Source: the human T2T-CHM13v2.0 reference genome, Homo sapiens. Taken from it: DNA of 64,000 nucleotides. Numbering within the stretch: position 1 is the first letter of the stretch; every line of letters begins with the position of its first letter. Under the pieces are notes generated by a model. The model did no database searches. It saw only the letters and a list, made by a program, of their open reading frames with translations, and had not been told where the DNA came from. This document shows, piece after piece, positions 43,146 through 58,465 of this stretch. Location: NCBI RefSeq assembly GCF_009914755.1, contig NC_060928.1. One strand, 5' to 3'. The translations under genes were made by a program, and so were the position numbers.

Positions 43146-44559
43146 AGAAGCAGGGACTACACAGGAAATTCGGGCAAACACACAGAGCTAATCATCAGCT
43201 GTTTGTTACGGGATGGGGACCGTGGTGTTCCAGGTTTATTTCTCAGAAGATAGCTGTGAACAAAATTTAAACAGAGCACAGACATACTATCTGCCTAGCT
43301 GATAAACCTACATCTTTTTATCAGCATCTTGTCCTAGACGGAAGTTTGTTTTCACCAACATAAATCTAAGGAATTGTTTTCTTAATCTTAAATAATTGCT
43401 CTGTGTCTATTAACTTTTTCTATCTTCCTAAGGATAGATCCCACCTCTTATCTTGCTCTTCTTAATTTAAGCACAACTTCTCTCTATTACTACCTCCCAA
43501 ATCACAGAAATGAAGAATTATATCTGACACTTCAAAATATTTATTTTAAAGATTGCTTCCCTCTATTTGAAGTGGAGTTGCCGGCAATTTCTTTTTTAAC
43601 AAACTATACTCCTGGTTTTCTGGGCCAGGTTGCAGGGCAGAAGACATGAAGTAGATGTGTCAAGTAAACTGAATAAGCCTCAAAAAAAAAAAAAAAAACC
43701 AAAAAACAGAAAGACAGCTGCTGAAGTTCATGAGCTTCCTCTAATCCAGATCCAGACGTTAGATCAACTTAGTGTGGAATTCACATGATCTCTCCTTACA
43801 AAACCGTGTTTAAAAGATTAAGCTAAGAAAACACACGGAAATAGTCCCTTTGAACTCGCCTAAACATTATTCCTTGAATCAAATTAACCACGTCTAACAA
43901 CGCTATCGTATCTGACCTGTTTTCCTCTCCCCTTCATTTGTATGTGCACCTGTTGTAATATTGCTTCTACCACCTATCCTTGTGTTTCTGGAAAAAAATA
44001 CTTATACTGTGGCTACATATCCTTTATTATCAATCATTAGTCAACCTATTATAGAATATAAATTGACACTTTTTTTTACTACCTATATTTCATAACCTAC
44101 AAATGTCTACATTTGAAGAAAGCATAAAAGACACCAATTGCTGCAGGTTCAATTGAGCAAAAAAGAAAATGATGTATGGCATACCATGCTATTGCAGCCT
44201 GACCTGTGAACCCTAAATGTTCATTAGAATTCATCAGCACCAGACTATTTTCTCTTCTTTGCTTCTTCATTTTTTTTTTCTGATCTACTGGCTTTAGGCC
44301 AAGGAGAAATTTTTCTACAGAAAAGCTTATTTAATTAGCTCTCCACCCTCCTATAGATTCAGAATAATTGTTATAAAATGAAAACTTCAAATTACAGTTC
44401 ATTTCATGAAAAAAAAATCATGGAGAACTGGAGATTTCCAACTGTGTTATTCTCCCAAAAGTTTTAATTCCACTACTTTTTTGCGGAGGCCATAGACAAA
44501 GATAATTGTATCTCATTTCTGAGACTTAAAGAAGCAACTTAGAAACTCTGTTTTCTCAT

Positions 44560-45190
44560 GTAATAAAAATAATGGCCATGTTTGGGTTCTCACTATGTGC
44601 CAGGCATTAGGGTGATCCCATAAAATGGGTTATTTCATTTAATCCTCAGGATGATTACATTTGGTTCCTAACACCAATGGTCCCTAACTTATGATGATTG
44701 GTCTTAAGATTTTTTTTCGTACTTTACCATGATGCAAATGCAATGCACATTCGGTAGAAGCTGTACTTCAAGTACTTATGCAACCATTCTGTTTTTCACT
44801 TTTAGTACATTTTTTTCTAAATTGTATGAGATATGTGATGCTTTATTATAAAGTAGGCATTTTGTTAGATTATTCTGCCAAGCTCTAGACTTAAATTAAG
44901 TGTTCTGAACATGTTTAACATGGGTTAGGTGATCTATGATGTTCCATTGATTAGGTGAATTATATGCTTTTGTCTTACAATATTTCCAACTTACAATGGA
45001 TTTGTTGAGATGTAACCCTATCCTAAGTCAACAAGTGCCTGTACTTTTGTGCTGCTTTTATAGATATGAACACTTAAGGCTTTACAAGGCTAAGTGACTT
45101 ATCCAAAGCCCTATAGCTAGTAAATGTAAGAATCTACATGTCAAAATAGTTGGTGTTATGCCAGAGCGGGAATCTTAAACACTGGTGATA
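44560..45190 (-). mobile_element. MIR split by MER47A
   Basis: CACTATGTGCCAGGCA...CATTTAATCCTCA then GGCTAAGTGACTTATCCAAAG...AGCTAGTAAATG. Confidence 0.7.
44674..45041. mobile_element. MER47A (Tigger-type DNA transposon)
   Basis: Matches MER47A body (CAACCATTCTGTTTTTCACTTT, CTTTATTATAAA, GTAACCCTATCCTAAGTC). Confidence 0.8.
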
Positions 45191-45602
45191 TTGTATAATA
45201 TCTTGTTATGAATACATAGTTTATGTTTATTCATTTAAATTGTAGTCATAAATATAGTATTATACCTATTAATGTATAATTCATGAAAAGTAGTTTAATG
45301 TCAATGAAAACATGTTGATATTTTATAAGTGAGGAAAGAAATTTACTCACATATTTCATGAGCTTGTGTGTAGCAAGGTGTATAGACAAGGAATAAAGGG
45401 GTGTGGGTGTTAGTTCAAATACAAGAGGACTCTAGTTCTAATTTTCTTTATTTTCATTTTTGTCAGAATTGCATGCAAATGTATACCTGAAATTTCTAGA
45501 ATAAGTCTTATCTCAATGTTTGCTTTTAGAACCACTGTATTCTTTTCCTACTACACTGACAAGATGGGCAAGGAGAAACAACCAGTTGACAAACTGGCTT
45601 AC

Positions 45603-45831
45603 CAAGAAAATATAGTTTGTTTCTTGACTTCTTTCATTGGACATATGCGAGGACATCCTCTTTGCTACGATGCTGGTTCTGACTAGCCTGTCCGTTACAT
45701 GAAGATCATCAATCAGCGAGCTCTTCATTATTTCATATCATCATCCTATTATGTTTTTGGCTTTTGTTGCCGTTGAGATTTTTTGTGACATTTTAAATGG
45801 TCACGACATTATTAAAGGATAACATTGTTGA
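45603..45831 (-). other. Candidate 229-nt exon on the minus strand
   Basis: Acceptor GTCCTCTTTCTTTGCAG| and donor TTG|GTAAGC; unique CpG-retaining sequence. Confidence 0.35.
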
Positions 45832-46224
45832 CTGCAAAGAAAGAGGACATTGAAGGGCTTGCTTTCATGAGTATCTTTGTGTGTGTGGTGGATTGCAGGA
45901 GGGCAGAGAGGTAACTTAAGATATTTTGTAAGCCAGCAGCTGGCTTGTGGAAGGTTGCAGCCCAAGGGTTGTTTCAAAGTCTTAGATACAGACTTGTTTT
46001 ATTCCATGTTCTGTTTTTTTTTTTTTTGTCCTCTTAACCTTCATTGACAAATGTGCATGTGCAGTCTAATTTCTCTGCAATGTATGTTCTTCCCCTACTC
46101 CCAACTAAAAGGACACTCTGAGTAACAGACTCATCCCTTCAGAGTCACTAAGCAATGAGTAGGATGGTTATATTCCTGATTTGATCCATGCCACAAATGG
46201 AGTCTTTTCTCAAATAAATTAGGT

Positions 46225-46645
46225 TTATACTTTCATTGAGTTATAACTGACAATCAACCACATATATTTAAAGTATATAACTTGTTAGATTTTGACACCT
46301 GTGCATACCTACAAATGTTTCCTCTGACTCTTTCATGTCTATGTCCTCCCTTCTGCCCTTTACCCCCAGGCAACAACTAATCTACTTCTCATGACTGTAT
46401 ATTTTTATACTGGTAGATTTATGACATTGTCCATAATTTCACATACATGGAATTCTGTTTGTTATGCTCAGTATAATTATTTTGACTTTCATCTCTTTTT
46501 ATTACTCCTCAGTGTTCTATTTTATGGGTATACAAAAATGACTACATTTATTTACCTATTCATGAACATTTGGGCTACTTCTAGTTTTTAGCTATTGCTA
46601 ATAAGATTGCTTTATATATTTATGTCTAAATATCTTGCTTTTCAG
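46225..46645 (-). mobile_element. L1MB/MC 3' fragment
   Basis: CCCCCAGGCAACAACTAATCTACTT, GAACATTTGGGCTACTTCTAGTTTT. Confidence 0.7.
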
Positions 46646-46646
46646 T

Positions 46647-46727
46647 TGTATTAATAAATGACACATTAGTAATGTGTCATTTATTAATACATGTGTCATT
46701 TATTAATACATGTGTCATTTATTAATA
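46647..46727. repeat. Perfect 22-bp inverted repeat plus three 19-bp tandem units
   Basis: TGTATTAATAAATGACACATTA-G-TAATGTGTCATTTATTAATACA; unit ATGTGTCATTTATTAATAC. Confidence 0.97.
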
Positions 46728-47046
46728 AATAGTTTTCCAGGGTCATGAGTTTAGGGACAAAGTCTGTTTTCAGTCATTATTGTTAGTTGTTTTCTGAGTT
46801 CATCTCTATTAATACCTTGGAAAACACAGCCAATAACAATGAACATACAGTATTAATACTCTGTATTTCTACCTATAGCCTCAGGGTTTTAAGATTACTA
46901 GACATTATCTGAGTTTCAAATGGTCAAAAACAAGATTTGCCAGAAGTTTTACTATCATAAAGTGGGAATCACTATGATGGCCTGGGTTCAAGTTTTCACA
47001 GCAGAAACTTATGTAATTGTAAGTCCTCTTAAAAAAGACAACACTG

Positions 47047-47671
<625 letters not shown>

Positions 47672-48567
47672 CTAAATTATAAATATAAAATTAGGTACAA
47701 AATCAAGTACTTGTTTATAATGAGAAAATAAATAAATTACAAAATAATTACAAACAAAAAACCAAATACCAGAAGCTTTATACATTAAAAAACATATATT
47801 TACCTGCTATGCCTATAAAATTATTTTTCTGTCTTTTTTGCTGCATTTTCTTTGATTACATTTAATCTTACATTAATTTTATAATATCATATCTCAGAGG
47901 GTAGAAAAGTAATTCTTTCCTTTCTTAGTATAGTGGAGCCTTACTTAAAAAAATTGTTGACAAGCTGGACACAAACTTATGATTTCATGCACAGAATTAT
48001 TCACTGCTAGTAGTAATAGTGATAATGTCCATAAAAAAGACAAAAATATATTGTGTTTATATATACACCACATTATTTACTATATTACAGAAAGGAGAGA
48101 ATTTCGGTGTTGACTAGGCTTCTATGAAGAAACAAATTCTCTGCTTGTACTTTTACATTTGATAATTGGAAAATGAAATCTCATATACTTATTTCTAACT
48201 TCGTGAAATACCAATTTTCTTATTTCTCCATAACCCATATTCTCTGAAGCCAGTTGCTACAGGCCACATTTCTATTGCATAACAGTGGGCTAATTGGCAC
48301 AGAGGGCTGTAGAATATTCTGGGAAGCATTTCTGCACTGGCATGGCTAACAACAACTTAGCTATAAATTGTGAGTCACACTGTTATATTTCATTAAGCTT
48401 AAACTAAATGTGTCTCCAACTCAACTTTCCCTTAGCCAAATGCCAGAAATGGTGTGGCAATTCTAATTCCACTTAACATGAATATAAAATGTGATGAAGA
48501 GGAAGTTAGTGAAGACAGTGATTTTAATAAAGTGAGTATGCAATATCCTATGTTTGCATATGTTGTG

Positions 48568-49643
48568 TATCAGGGAACCTGCCCCAATAGTCATGTAGGT
48601 TCTTTTCTATTTTCCCTAAGCATCAGCCGGTTTGAGAAATAAAGGGACAGAGTACAAAAGAGAGAAATTTTAAAACTGGGCATCCGGGGGAGACATCACA
48701 TGTCGGTAGGTTCCGTGATGCCCCACAAGCCACAAAACCAGCAAGTTTTTATTAGGGATTTTCAAAAGGGGAGGGAGTGTATGAATAGGGCGTGGGTCAC
48801 AAAGATCAGGTACTTCACAAAGTAATAGAATATCACAAGGCAAATGGAGGCAGGGTGAGATCACAGGACCACAGGACCGGGGTGAAATTAAAATTGCTAA
48901 TGAGGTTTCGGGCACCATTGTCATTGATAACATCTTATCAGGAGACGGGGTTTTGAGAGCAACCGGTCTGACCAAAATTTATTAGCTGGCAATTTCCACT
49001 TCCTAATAAGCCTGGAAGCACTATGGGAGACTGGGGTTTATTTCATCCCTACAGTTTCGACCATAGAAAACGGCCACACCCAAGGGGGCCAACTATAGAC
49101 CCACCCTCAGGCACATATTCTCTTTCCCAGGGATGTTCCTTGATGAGAAAAAAAATTCAGTGATATTTCTCCCATTTGCTTTTGAAAGAAGAGAAATATG
49201 GCTCTGTTCCGCCCGGCTCACCGGCGGTCAGAGTTTAAGGTTATCTCTCTTGTTTCCTAAACATTGCTATTATCCTGTCCTTTTTTCAAGGTGCCCAGAT
49301 TTCATATTGTTTAAACACACTTGCTCTACAATTTATGCAGTTAACGCAATTATCACAGGGTCCTGAGGCGACACACATCCTCCCCGGCTTACAAGATGAC
49401 AGGATTAAGAGATTAAAGTAAAGACAGGCATAGGAAATCACAAGCTTATTGATTGGGGAAGTGATAAATGTCCATGAAATCTTCACAATTTATGTTTAGA
49501 GACTGCAGTAAAGACAGGCATAAGAAATTATAAAAGTATTAATTTGGGGATCTAATAAAAGTCCATGAAATCTTCACAATCCATGTTCTTCTGCCATGGC
49601 TTCAGCCAGTCCTTCCGTTTGGGGTCCCTGACTTCCCGCAACA
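48568..49643 (-). mobile_element. MER11 solo LTR (HERV-K11/HML-8)
   Basis: Reverse complement starts TGTTGCGGGAAGTCAGGGACCCC; exact 6-bp TSD GTTGTG. Confidence 0.95.
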
Positions 49644-49904
49644 GTTGTGAATATATCTATTTGTAAAATCCATATGAACACATTACTAGGTTCCCTCCTA
49701 GGGGCTTTGAAATGGACTCCGTGAAAGTGGGGGAAAATGAAGCCTAAATTTGACTAACTTTGTATTAAACCTGCCCCAATCCCTGTCTTTCTAGCTATTG
49801 GTGGCATTTACCTAATTATGTGCCTCTGAACACTTAATCTATTGCTACTTATTTTAGCCTTTTATTTATGTCAAAATCTCACAAATACAAACCATATCCT
49901 CTAC

Positions 49905-50290
49905 TAGTCCTGGTAAACTCAGTTATACTGTGGAATTAAACCCTCGCAAAACTTCAGTGGCTTAAGACAACAAAAGTTATTTTATGTTGGTTGACAGGAT
50001 TGAGGAGGCGTTAGTTTATTTTCCCATCCTGTTTTGTAAGGGACCTAGCTGATAAAGGTCTATCTCAACAGGTGCTTCCACAATCACTGAATCACTGTAG
50101 CAGGGGAAAGAGCACCCTGGAGTTTATCACACTGGGAATTAATTGTTACATCTTGGAAATAACATGATATTTCCCCTCTTTTCTCTATAGCTAATGCTAG
50201 AAATGCCCATACTCAAGGGACTCAACAGGCTCAGTGTTCTATATGCCTAGAAAGAGTAGAAACTACTTATCAGTGAGCAGCATAACCTCC
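49905..50290 (-). mobile_element. Old MLT1-type LTR
   Basis: TCAGTGGCTTAAGACAACAAAAG motif; highly diverged. Confidence 0.5.
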
Positions 50291-51116
50291 CCCGCCAAAA
50301 TATAACAAGCATCTCAGATGTACCATGTCAACACCTGATCACCTGGGATACCCATAACAGTTATACCCCCTGCAATGCATGCGGTTGTTTCAACACATCT
50401 TATTGCCTACCATATTTTATTATGGAAAATAATCATAACGAAATTTTTTTATTTATTAGCTGCATTATTATGAAACATTATTTGTAACATCTCACTACTT
50501 ATGATATAGTAAAAATTAATATGAATTTTAACTGAAATATGATATAAACTCAAATACTGCATAATGAAGAAAAACATGTAGAGAATTTTTTTTTCATAAT
50601 GGTAGAGATGATACGTTGTCCCCCACATCAGAGAATCAGCTAATAGCAGATATGAAAAATTCCAGTATACTTACTCTAAATTAAGTTCTTTTTAAAAATT
50701 ATGTACTTTTGTTCTAGTTTCTTCACGAAGAACTTGACCAAATAGCGATAAGTACTTCAACAAAAATTTCTTTTTTTAGTTTACAATGCATTATTTCTTA
50801 AATTGAACGAATCTTGTTTTATATCTTTTGGCATATTTTTCGTTTCTCTGTTACCTTGCATTTTTTCTCTTTCAATTATTTTAAAAGGATACTTGTATTT
50901 TTATTAGCTGATTTATTTAGACCTCCCAATATGACCTGTTTTGGAAATATAAAAAGGAATAAAGCATAACTTCTGCTGGCAAGAACATTACTATTAGAAT
51001 TGAGACCAAAAAAATAACAGAGAATGGAAGCAGGGTATTTAAAAAAGAGAATATTAATATATAATAGCATGATTGTCTGAGAGTACATTATTGAAGGATC
51101 ATTGCCAATATACTGA

Positions 51117-51655
<539 letters not shown>

Positions 51656-52619
51656 CTGCTATGTTCTATCTTTTAATATTCCATGAATGCCTAAGCCATT
51701 TTATGACTTTTATACAAATGCTATATTTTTATAATAGTCCTCTTATGTTTTTGCCTATTTAATACTATTTCTTTATTGAACTGTCTTCTATGGTGTGACA
51801 TTTCTATAAATATTATTTTCCCTTCATGGTTATTTTACATTAACCTGCTTTTACTTTTACTTTTTACAATCAATAGTTCACAAAGCAATTATGTTACACT
51901 TTGTTTTAGATGAATTAATACAGTAGTAATTCAGTAACTACCATATTAATAATTTATATATATTATGTAAAAATAGAGCCTCTACAAAGAATTTAATACA
52001 GAAGGTAGTTCATAATTCTTAGAAGAGAAACATACAGTGCTGAACATATTAGCATTTACTACATTTAAATGGAGTGCCTACATTGTGTAACATAGCTAGC
52101 TAGGCACTACAATTCAGGAAAAAATATAAGTGAGACAGTCTATAATTTCCAGGAATATTCAGAAACATATCTTTAGTATGTCAAATTGATTAGATAATTT
52201 AAAATGCTATACTTTTATTTATAACAACTATTTTTATTTTTCACTCCAACCATTCTATTTTTATGCTTTATTTCCTTATTATAAAAACATGGAGCCTTAT
52301 TCATAAAACCGATAAGAAACAGTTTTGCAGAGCCATGCAATTGATTCAGGCTCACTACATGTGCTATAATAACTGTGAATGTTTGCCAAGTAATAGCGGG
52401 TTCTGTTCAGGTTACCTATTTTCACTGAAAAAAAAAAAAAAAAACAGCTTTAGTATGACAATGGCTTTAACAACAAGTACACAAATCAAATCCTTAATAT
52501 AAATCTTTATCTTGGAGATTTTAAAAATTACACTGGAATAAAATAGGGGCTATTAATATCTAGTCCAGTTATATTTGTGTTTATTAAGGCTTTGCCAATG
52601 TAATAGCATAAAATTTGCG

Positions 52620-53285
52620 ACCAGAAAAATCTGCCTGGTGGACAGGTTCTGCCTGTTAAAAATGAAGATAGGTAGAGTAAGCTATTCATTTTCTTTAGCC
52701 TTATTTTTATCATACACTGATATAGTTTGAATATTCATCTCTACCAAAATCTCACTTTGAATTGTAATTTCCCATACTGGAGGTGGGTCCTGGTGGGAGG
52801 CATTTGGAAAATGGGGGCAGATCCTTATGTCTTGATGCTTTTTGTGATAGTGAGTTTTAGTGAAATCTGGTCATTTAAAAGTGTGTAGCAACCCCCCACC
52901 CCCAACTATTCCTCTCTTCCTTGCTCCTGCTTTCACCATGTGACCTATCTACTTCCCCTTCGCCTTCTGCCATAAGTGAAAGCTTTCTGAGGCCTTGCTA
53001 GAAGCCAAGCATATGCCAGCATCGTGCTTCCTGTAAAGCCTGCATAATCATAAGCCAACTTAATCTCTTTTCTTTGTAAATTACCAAGTCTCAGGTATTT
53101 ATTTATAGCAATACAAGAATAGCCTAATACATACAGAAAATGAATTTTAATATTAGAACTTATGGAATCACTGTGAGAATTAAATGAGATAATACATATA
53201 TAGAATAATGCCTGGCATGAAGTTATATAGTCAATAAATGTGAGTTATTATTATTATTATTGCTGTTGTTATTATCACTATTATA
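52620..53285 (+). mobile_element. MIR split by an MST LTR
   Basis: GTGAGAATTAAATGAGATAAT...GCCTGGCA...CAATAAATGT and (TAT)n end. Confidence 0.7.
52718..53131 (+). mobile_element. MSTB-like MaLR solo LTR
   Basis: TGATATAGTTTG...GCCTAATACA; TSD TACAC/TACAG. Confidence 0.92.
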
Positions 53286-54765
53286 CTAGAAAATAGAAAA
53301 TTAAAATAGTAAAAAAATTCAAATCAATTCAATACCCATTGTAAACATTGTTGATAATATTATATTAGTTTAAATTACAGGCTGTTTGAACACATAAACA
53401 ATTTAATATAGTGGAAAATAATCATATTGAAACTGAAAACTCACTAGGCTTATTAAATGGTTCACTTGAAAAATTCAACCAAAAGTCTACATGCAAAGTT
53501 AAGACTGAAACCTATTTAGAATTAATTTAATGTAAGCTTTATATTTTTGGTTCTAACTATGGAAACTATATTTAAATGTGAATTTATTGAAAGAATAGAA
53601 AATTATAGTCGTGGAACAAAAAAGGTCCCTATATAACTGAACTAAGGAAGAAGAGTTCTGGGGATATCTGAAGGTGAAACTAATGAACACTCTATGTCTG
53701 GAATAATCAGCTACAACACTTTGTTGTGTTTTTTGGAACTTGTCAAGATTTAAATTCTAGACAGAGAGTAACTGATTCTTCTAATTTCTCCCACTATAAG
53801 ATACAATGACTGAATATCTTTCCAAGATCAAACTGGAATGCTATTACCAGAAACAGAGGAAATGGCACATACCACAGATTGTCAGATCTATCCCCTACCT
53901 CCACTGAGACCTTAATCCAGAGCTGGTATAATATAGCTTTTTTCCCCAAGCTTCTGTTCCCATTTCTCTTCAGCATGTTGACCCTTCTTATGCCATATTA
54001 CTTGAGCAGATATTCTCATGTTTAAACTATAGACTGGTATCTGACATGAAGTGAATCAAGGGCATTTACTGAGCTGGAAACAACTGTAAACATATATCTA
54101 CTCAATAACTACAATGTATACATAACTGGTATTCACAATTCTAAACATACCTTATAACACAATGTGCTCAATTATTTGGTTACTGAATGAGAATAAGCAG
54201 ATTGATTTTCTGGTCATTATTTTTATTTCTTCCTAAATATTTGAATGTGATTCTTTTAAATCTCACAAAACAAATAACAAAGAGTTTAGTGCATAGAAAT
54301 ATGGGAGGATTTTACAGGATTCACAATCTTTTGGACCTAACCAGCTTATGGAAACTTGTGTATGATAGAATCGGTAATCTTTGATTTAAACACAACAATT
54401 ATATTCTTTCTCAATGCAGATAATTCTCAGGATTTGGCATTTATGGATGGTACCAAATTTGTGATGGAGCAGCCGCCATACATACCAGCAAGGATATTCT
54501 TATGAAAGAAAGAACTCATGAAAATGTACCCTTGAGAGATGCATGATTCCCTCTTGAACAGTGCTTTTCCTCTGTGTGGTGATTTCTCCACAGTGTTCAG
54601 ATTCTTTTTCAGGTATACACGTTTCATACTATATATGTGATTCACAACTGATCATTGCCACTTTCATGTTACTCTGTGAACTGAACATCCTATTATATTT
54701 GAAAACTTTGATATAAGATTATTACCAGACCAAGCACAATTTTAGACTATATAGATGTCATAAAG

Positions 54766-54888
54766 CAGTGGTGCCCAACATTTTTGGCACCAGGGATCAG
54801 TGTCAAGGAAGACAGTTTTTCCACAGACAGCAAAGGGGTGGATGGTTTCAGGATGATTCACCCACATTACATTTATTGTGCACTTCAT
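54766..54888. mobile_element. MER1A/B (hAT-Charlie), one end only
   Basis: CAGTGGTGCCCAACATTTTTGGCACCAGGGA...ATTACATTTATTGTGCACTT. Confidence 0.85.
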
Positions 54889-55225
54889 TGCCGGGTCTGT
54901 CCGCAGACCCTGGCCAAGTGACAGAAGAAAGGAGTATTAGACACAGGTATGCAGTGTAAGAGCAGTTAGGGGACCGCCCAGCACTAGTGGCCAGAGAGGC
55001 AGCCTCAAGGAGCTGGCGCTGCTTGCTTTTATTCAGTACAGGCATACTGCCAGAAGCCTGGAACAAACACAGTCTGCAGGTAATTAACATTTATTGTTCC
55101 CCTTTGAGAGAACGGGTCACGTGCGCAGATGATCAAAGATCAGCTCCTGGTCAACATAAGTAAACAAGCCTGTTAAAGATAAATGCTCAAATACTTTCTC
55201 GTACCTACTCCTTGCCCTCTGCCTC
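54889..55225 (-). mobile_element. Truncated ERV LTR (LTR18-like)
   Basis: Reverse complement ends GGTCTGCGGACAGACCCGGCA, with an internal AATAAA. Confidence 0.6.
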
Positions 55226-55232
55226 TGTCTTC

Positions 55233-55389
55233 AGGTTGAAATGAAGGAAAAAATGTTAAGGGTAGCCAGAGAGAAAGATTGGGTTGCCCACAAAGGGAAG
55301 CCCATCAGACTAACAGCGGATCTCTCTGCAGAAACCCTACAAGCCAGAAGAGAGTGTGTAGGGCGGGGGGAATATTCAACATTCTTAAG
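55233..55389 (+). mobile_element. L1PA ORF1 internal fragment
   Basis: GTTGAAATGAAGGAAAAAATGTTAAGG...CCCATCAGACTAACAGCGGATCTCTC. Confidence 0.92.
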
Positions 55390-55896
<507 letters not shown>

Positions 55897-55977
55897 GATT
55901 ATTCCAAGGTGTATTGCTGATACTGAGATGAAGTAGTCTATCTTAAATTGTTTTATAAACTATAAAGTATAAAACTA

Positions 55978-56286
<309 letters not shown>

Positions 56287-57220
56287 AAAAGCTATGAATG
56301 CTCATTTATTTATTTCAAAATTATTTATTAGAGTTATATGTAATGTAATGTGAAATTAAAAATATATTCTGAGAAGCCAACGTGACATGTGTGAGTGTCA
56401 TCAAATCTCGGCTATGCTGAACTTCTTGCTTCAATTGTTTATACTTCTGAAATTTTTAATTTGACTTCAGGTAACATTACAGTTTATCCATTTTTAAGAA
56501 TTACCTGGCAAATGTGTAAACTACTGTGTTAGGATTAATAGAAATATGATGACCGAAGAAAATGTGGAGAAAGTTGAGGCTATCTAAAATGACTATCCTC
56601 TGAGACTACTTCTGGCTGAGTTTCCACTCCTCAAGAGCATGAAGTTTTGGAGAAAGAGCGTGTCAACACATGTATCATTTTCTGGATTTAGCCAAATGTC
56701 TAATGTAAGTTTACTCATTGAGGGTCTTTGGAAGTTTTTCTATTTTTCTAAACTGTTTTTTAAAAACTGCATATGGCAGAGTCATATGCAGGATATGAGC
56801 TGTCTTTCTTTTGAACTATTATTACATTACTCTACCATAGCACTTTCCTCAGTGTATCCTAATGGTTTGCTTACTATCTTGTCACTCTCATTAGACAGAG
56901 AGTTGCTAGGAAAACATCATTTTTCCATCCAGCCTGCAGCGCAGGGCTTGTTAATACCTTCTGTATTCTTCAAATTAAATTGAATAACACTTTGTATCTT
57001 GCTGGTCACAACTTACAGACATTCTGTACCATAATATGTATTTGTTTTTTTTCTACTAGCATATTATAAATTACTTGAAATATGGAGCTATAACTTTATT
57101 CTCTTATTGTCATGGTGTAATAAAGTAAAATATTTGGGGAGGTGAGTGCTGGATGGTGCTAGAGACATTTTTTTTTTTTCTGTTTCTGCATAATACCATT
57201 GCAACATTCTTAGCTTTCTT

Positions 57221-57429
57221 TTTTTTTTTTTTTTTTTTTTGCCACTTAAACCTCTTTCTTTATAAATTACCCAGTCTCTGGTATTTCTTTTTTTTTTTGA
57301 ATTTTTTTTTAATTTAATTTTATTATTATTATACTTTAAGTTTTAGGGTACATGTGCACAATGTGCAGGTTAGTTACATATGTATACATGTGCCATGCTG
57401 CACCCACTAACTCGTCATTTAGCATTAGT
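57221..57429 (-). mobile_element. Short L1PA2/3 insertion with 3' transduction
   Basis: TSD AACATTCTTAG(C/T)TTTCTT flanks poly(T), a MaLR LTR piece, a second T-rich tail and the L1 3' end. Confidence 0.9.
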
Positions 57430-58465
57430 AACATTCTTAGTTTTCTTATCACTGGGAACTTGATGACCCAGATCTGACAACTACTTGGATTTCTAACCAA
57501 GTGAAAGAAAAGGAGAAATTAATGAAAGAAGAAAGGAATAAGTGGGCTAAACGAGATGCATAGAAATAGATTAGGATACGTCTATGTCTGTTGGGTAATA
57601 GGGCAAGGAAACATTTGTTTTGGCCAAAGTTTCAAATAATTAGTTAATGAGAAAGAAGCCATAGATAGCAATCTCCAAAATACCAAACTGAATAGATACA
57701 ATGAAGAATATAACAAGCCACAGAAATCCACCTGTCAATGTGAACAAGAATGTCTCAGGTGGACACATAAACTTATTGAATTATAGAGGCATAGATGGCA
57801 TGTCATTAGTTGTATTATGAAAAAAGATCATAGTTTGTATTTTTTTAATCTTGACATAAATTTCATATTTTATAGATAACAGTTATTATTATTTTGAAAT
57901 ATATAAATAACTGATTACATGTTCTACTGATGATTCTACAATATTTGGGAGCATCAGTTTTGGGTTTTATACATGTTTTGTAAATTTTGAGTAGAGTGCT
58001 CTTTACTCACATACTCAATTCAATATTCAAAAGGGGGGCTCTAAATTTGTTTCTGTATTTATATAATTATTTCTGAAGGATTTAATGATATATATTTTTT
58101 CCTCTTTTCAGTAAGATTTTAAACTAGTCACCTTTACGTCACCAGATGTAATCGGGAGAAGGATAGGTATCTGTCTCAGAAAAAATCAGACATTAATTCT
58201 TAAATTAGGTATCTAGGTTCTAGGGCTATTCTGTATATGGCATAATAGTGACTGGGATGTGAACTCTCTCTCTGGAAGGATTAAAGTCAGGATTAAGGTA
58301 AGGATTAAGGTTTTAACCCCTGTCTCATCTTCAAGATAAAGCAAGTAGCCTTAAGTGTTTCTGGGGTTTCTCCTAGCACAAAAATTTATAAATCTATGGT
58401 GAAAATGGGGAGAGAGTAGTGTCTTCAAACAAGAGCTAAATGTATTGATGATTAAGAACTATCAT

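Noticed and set aside
54420-54620. Possible coding exon (DNSQDLAFMDGTKFVMEQPPYIP...)
   Set aside because: Acceptor plausible, but the frame stops after about 28 codons, the peptide is unrecognised and there is no convincing donor
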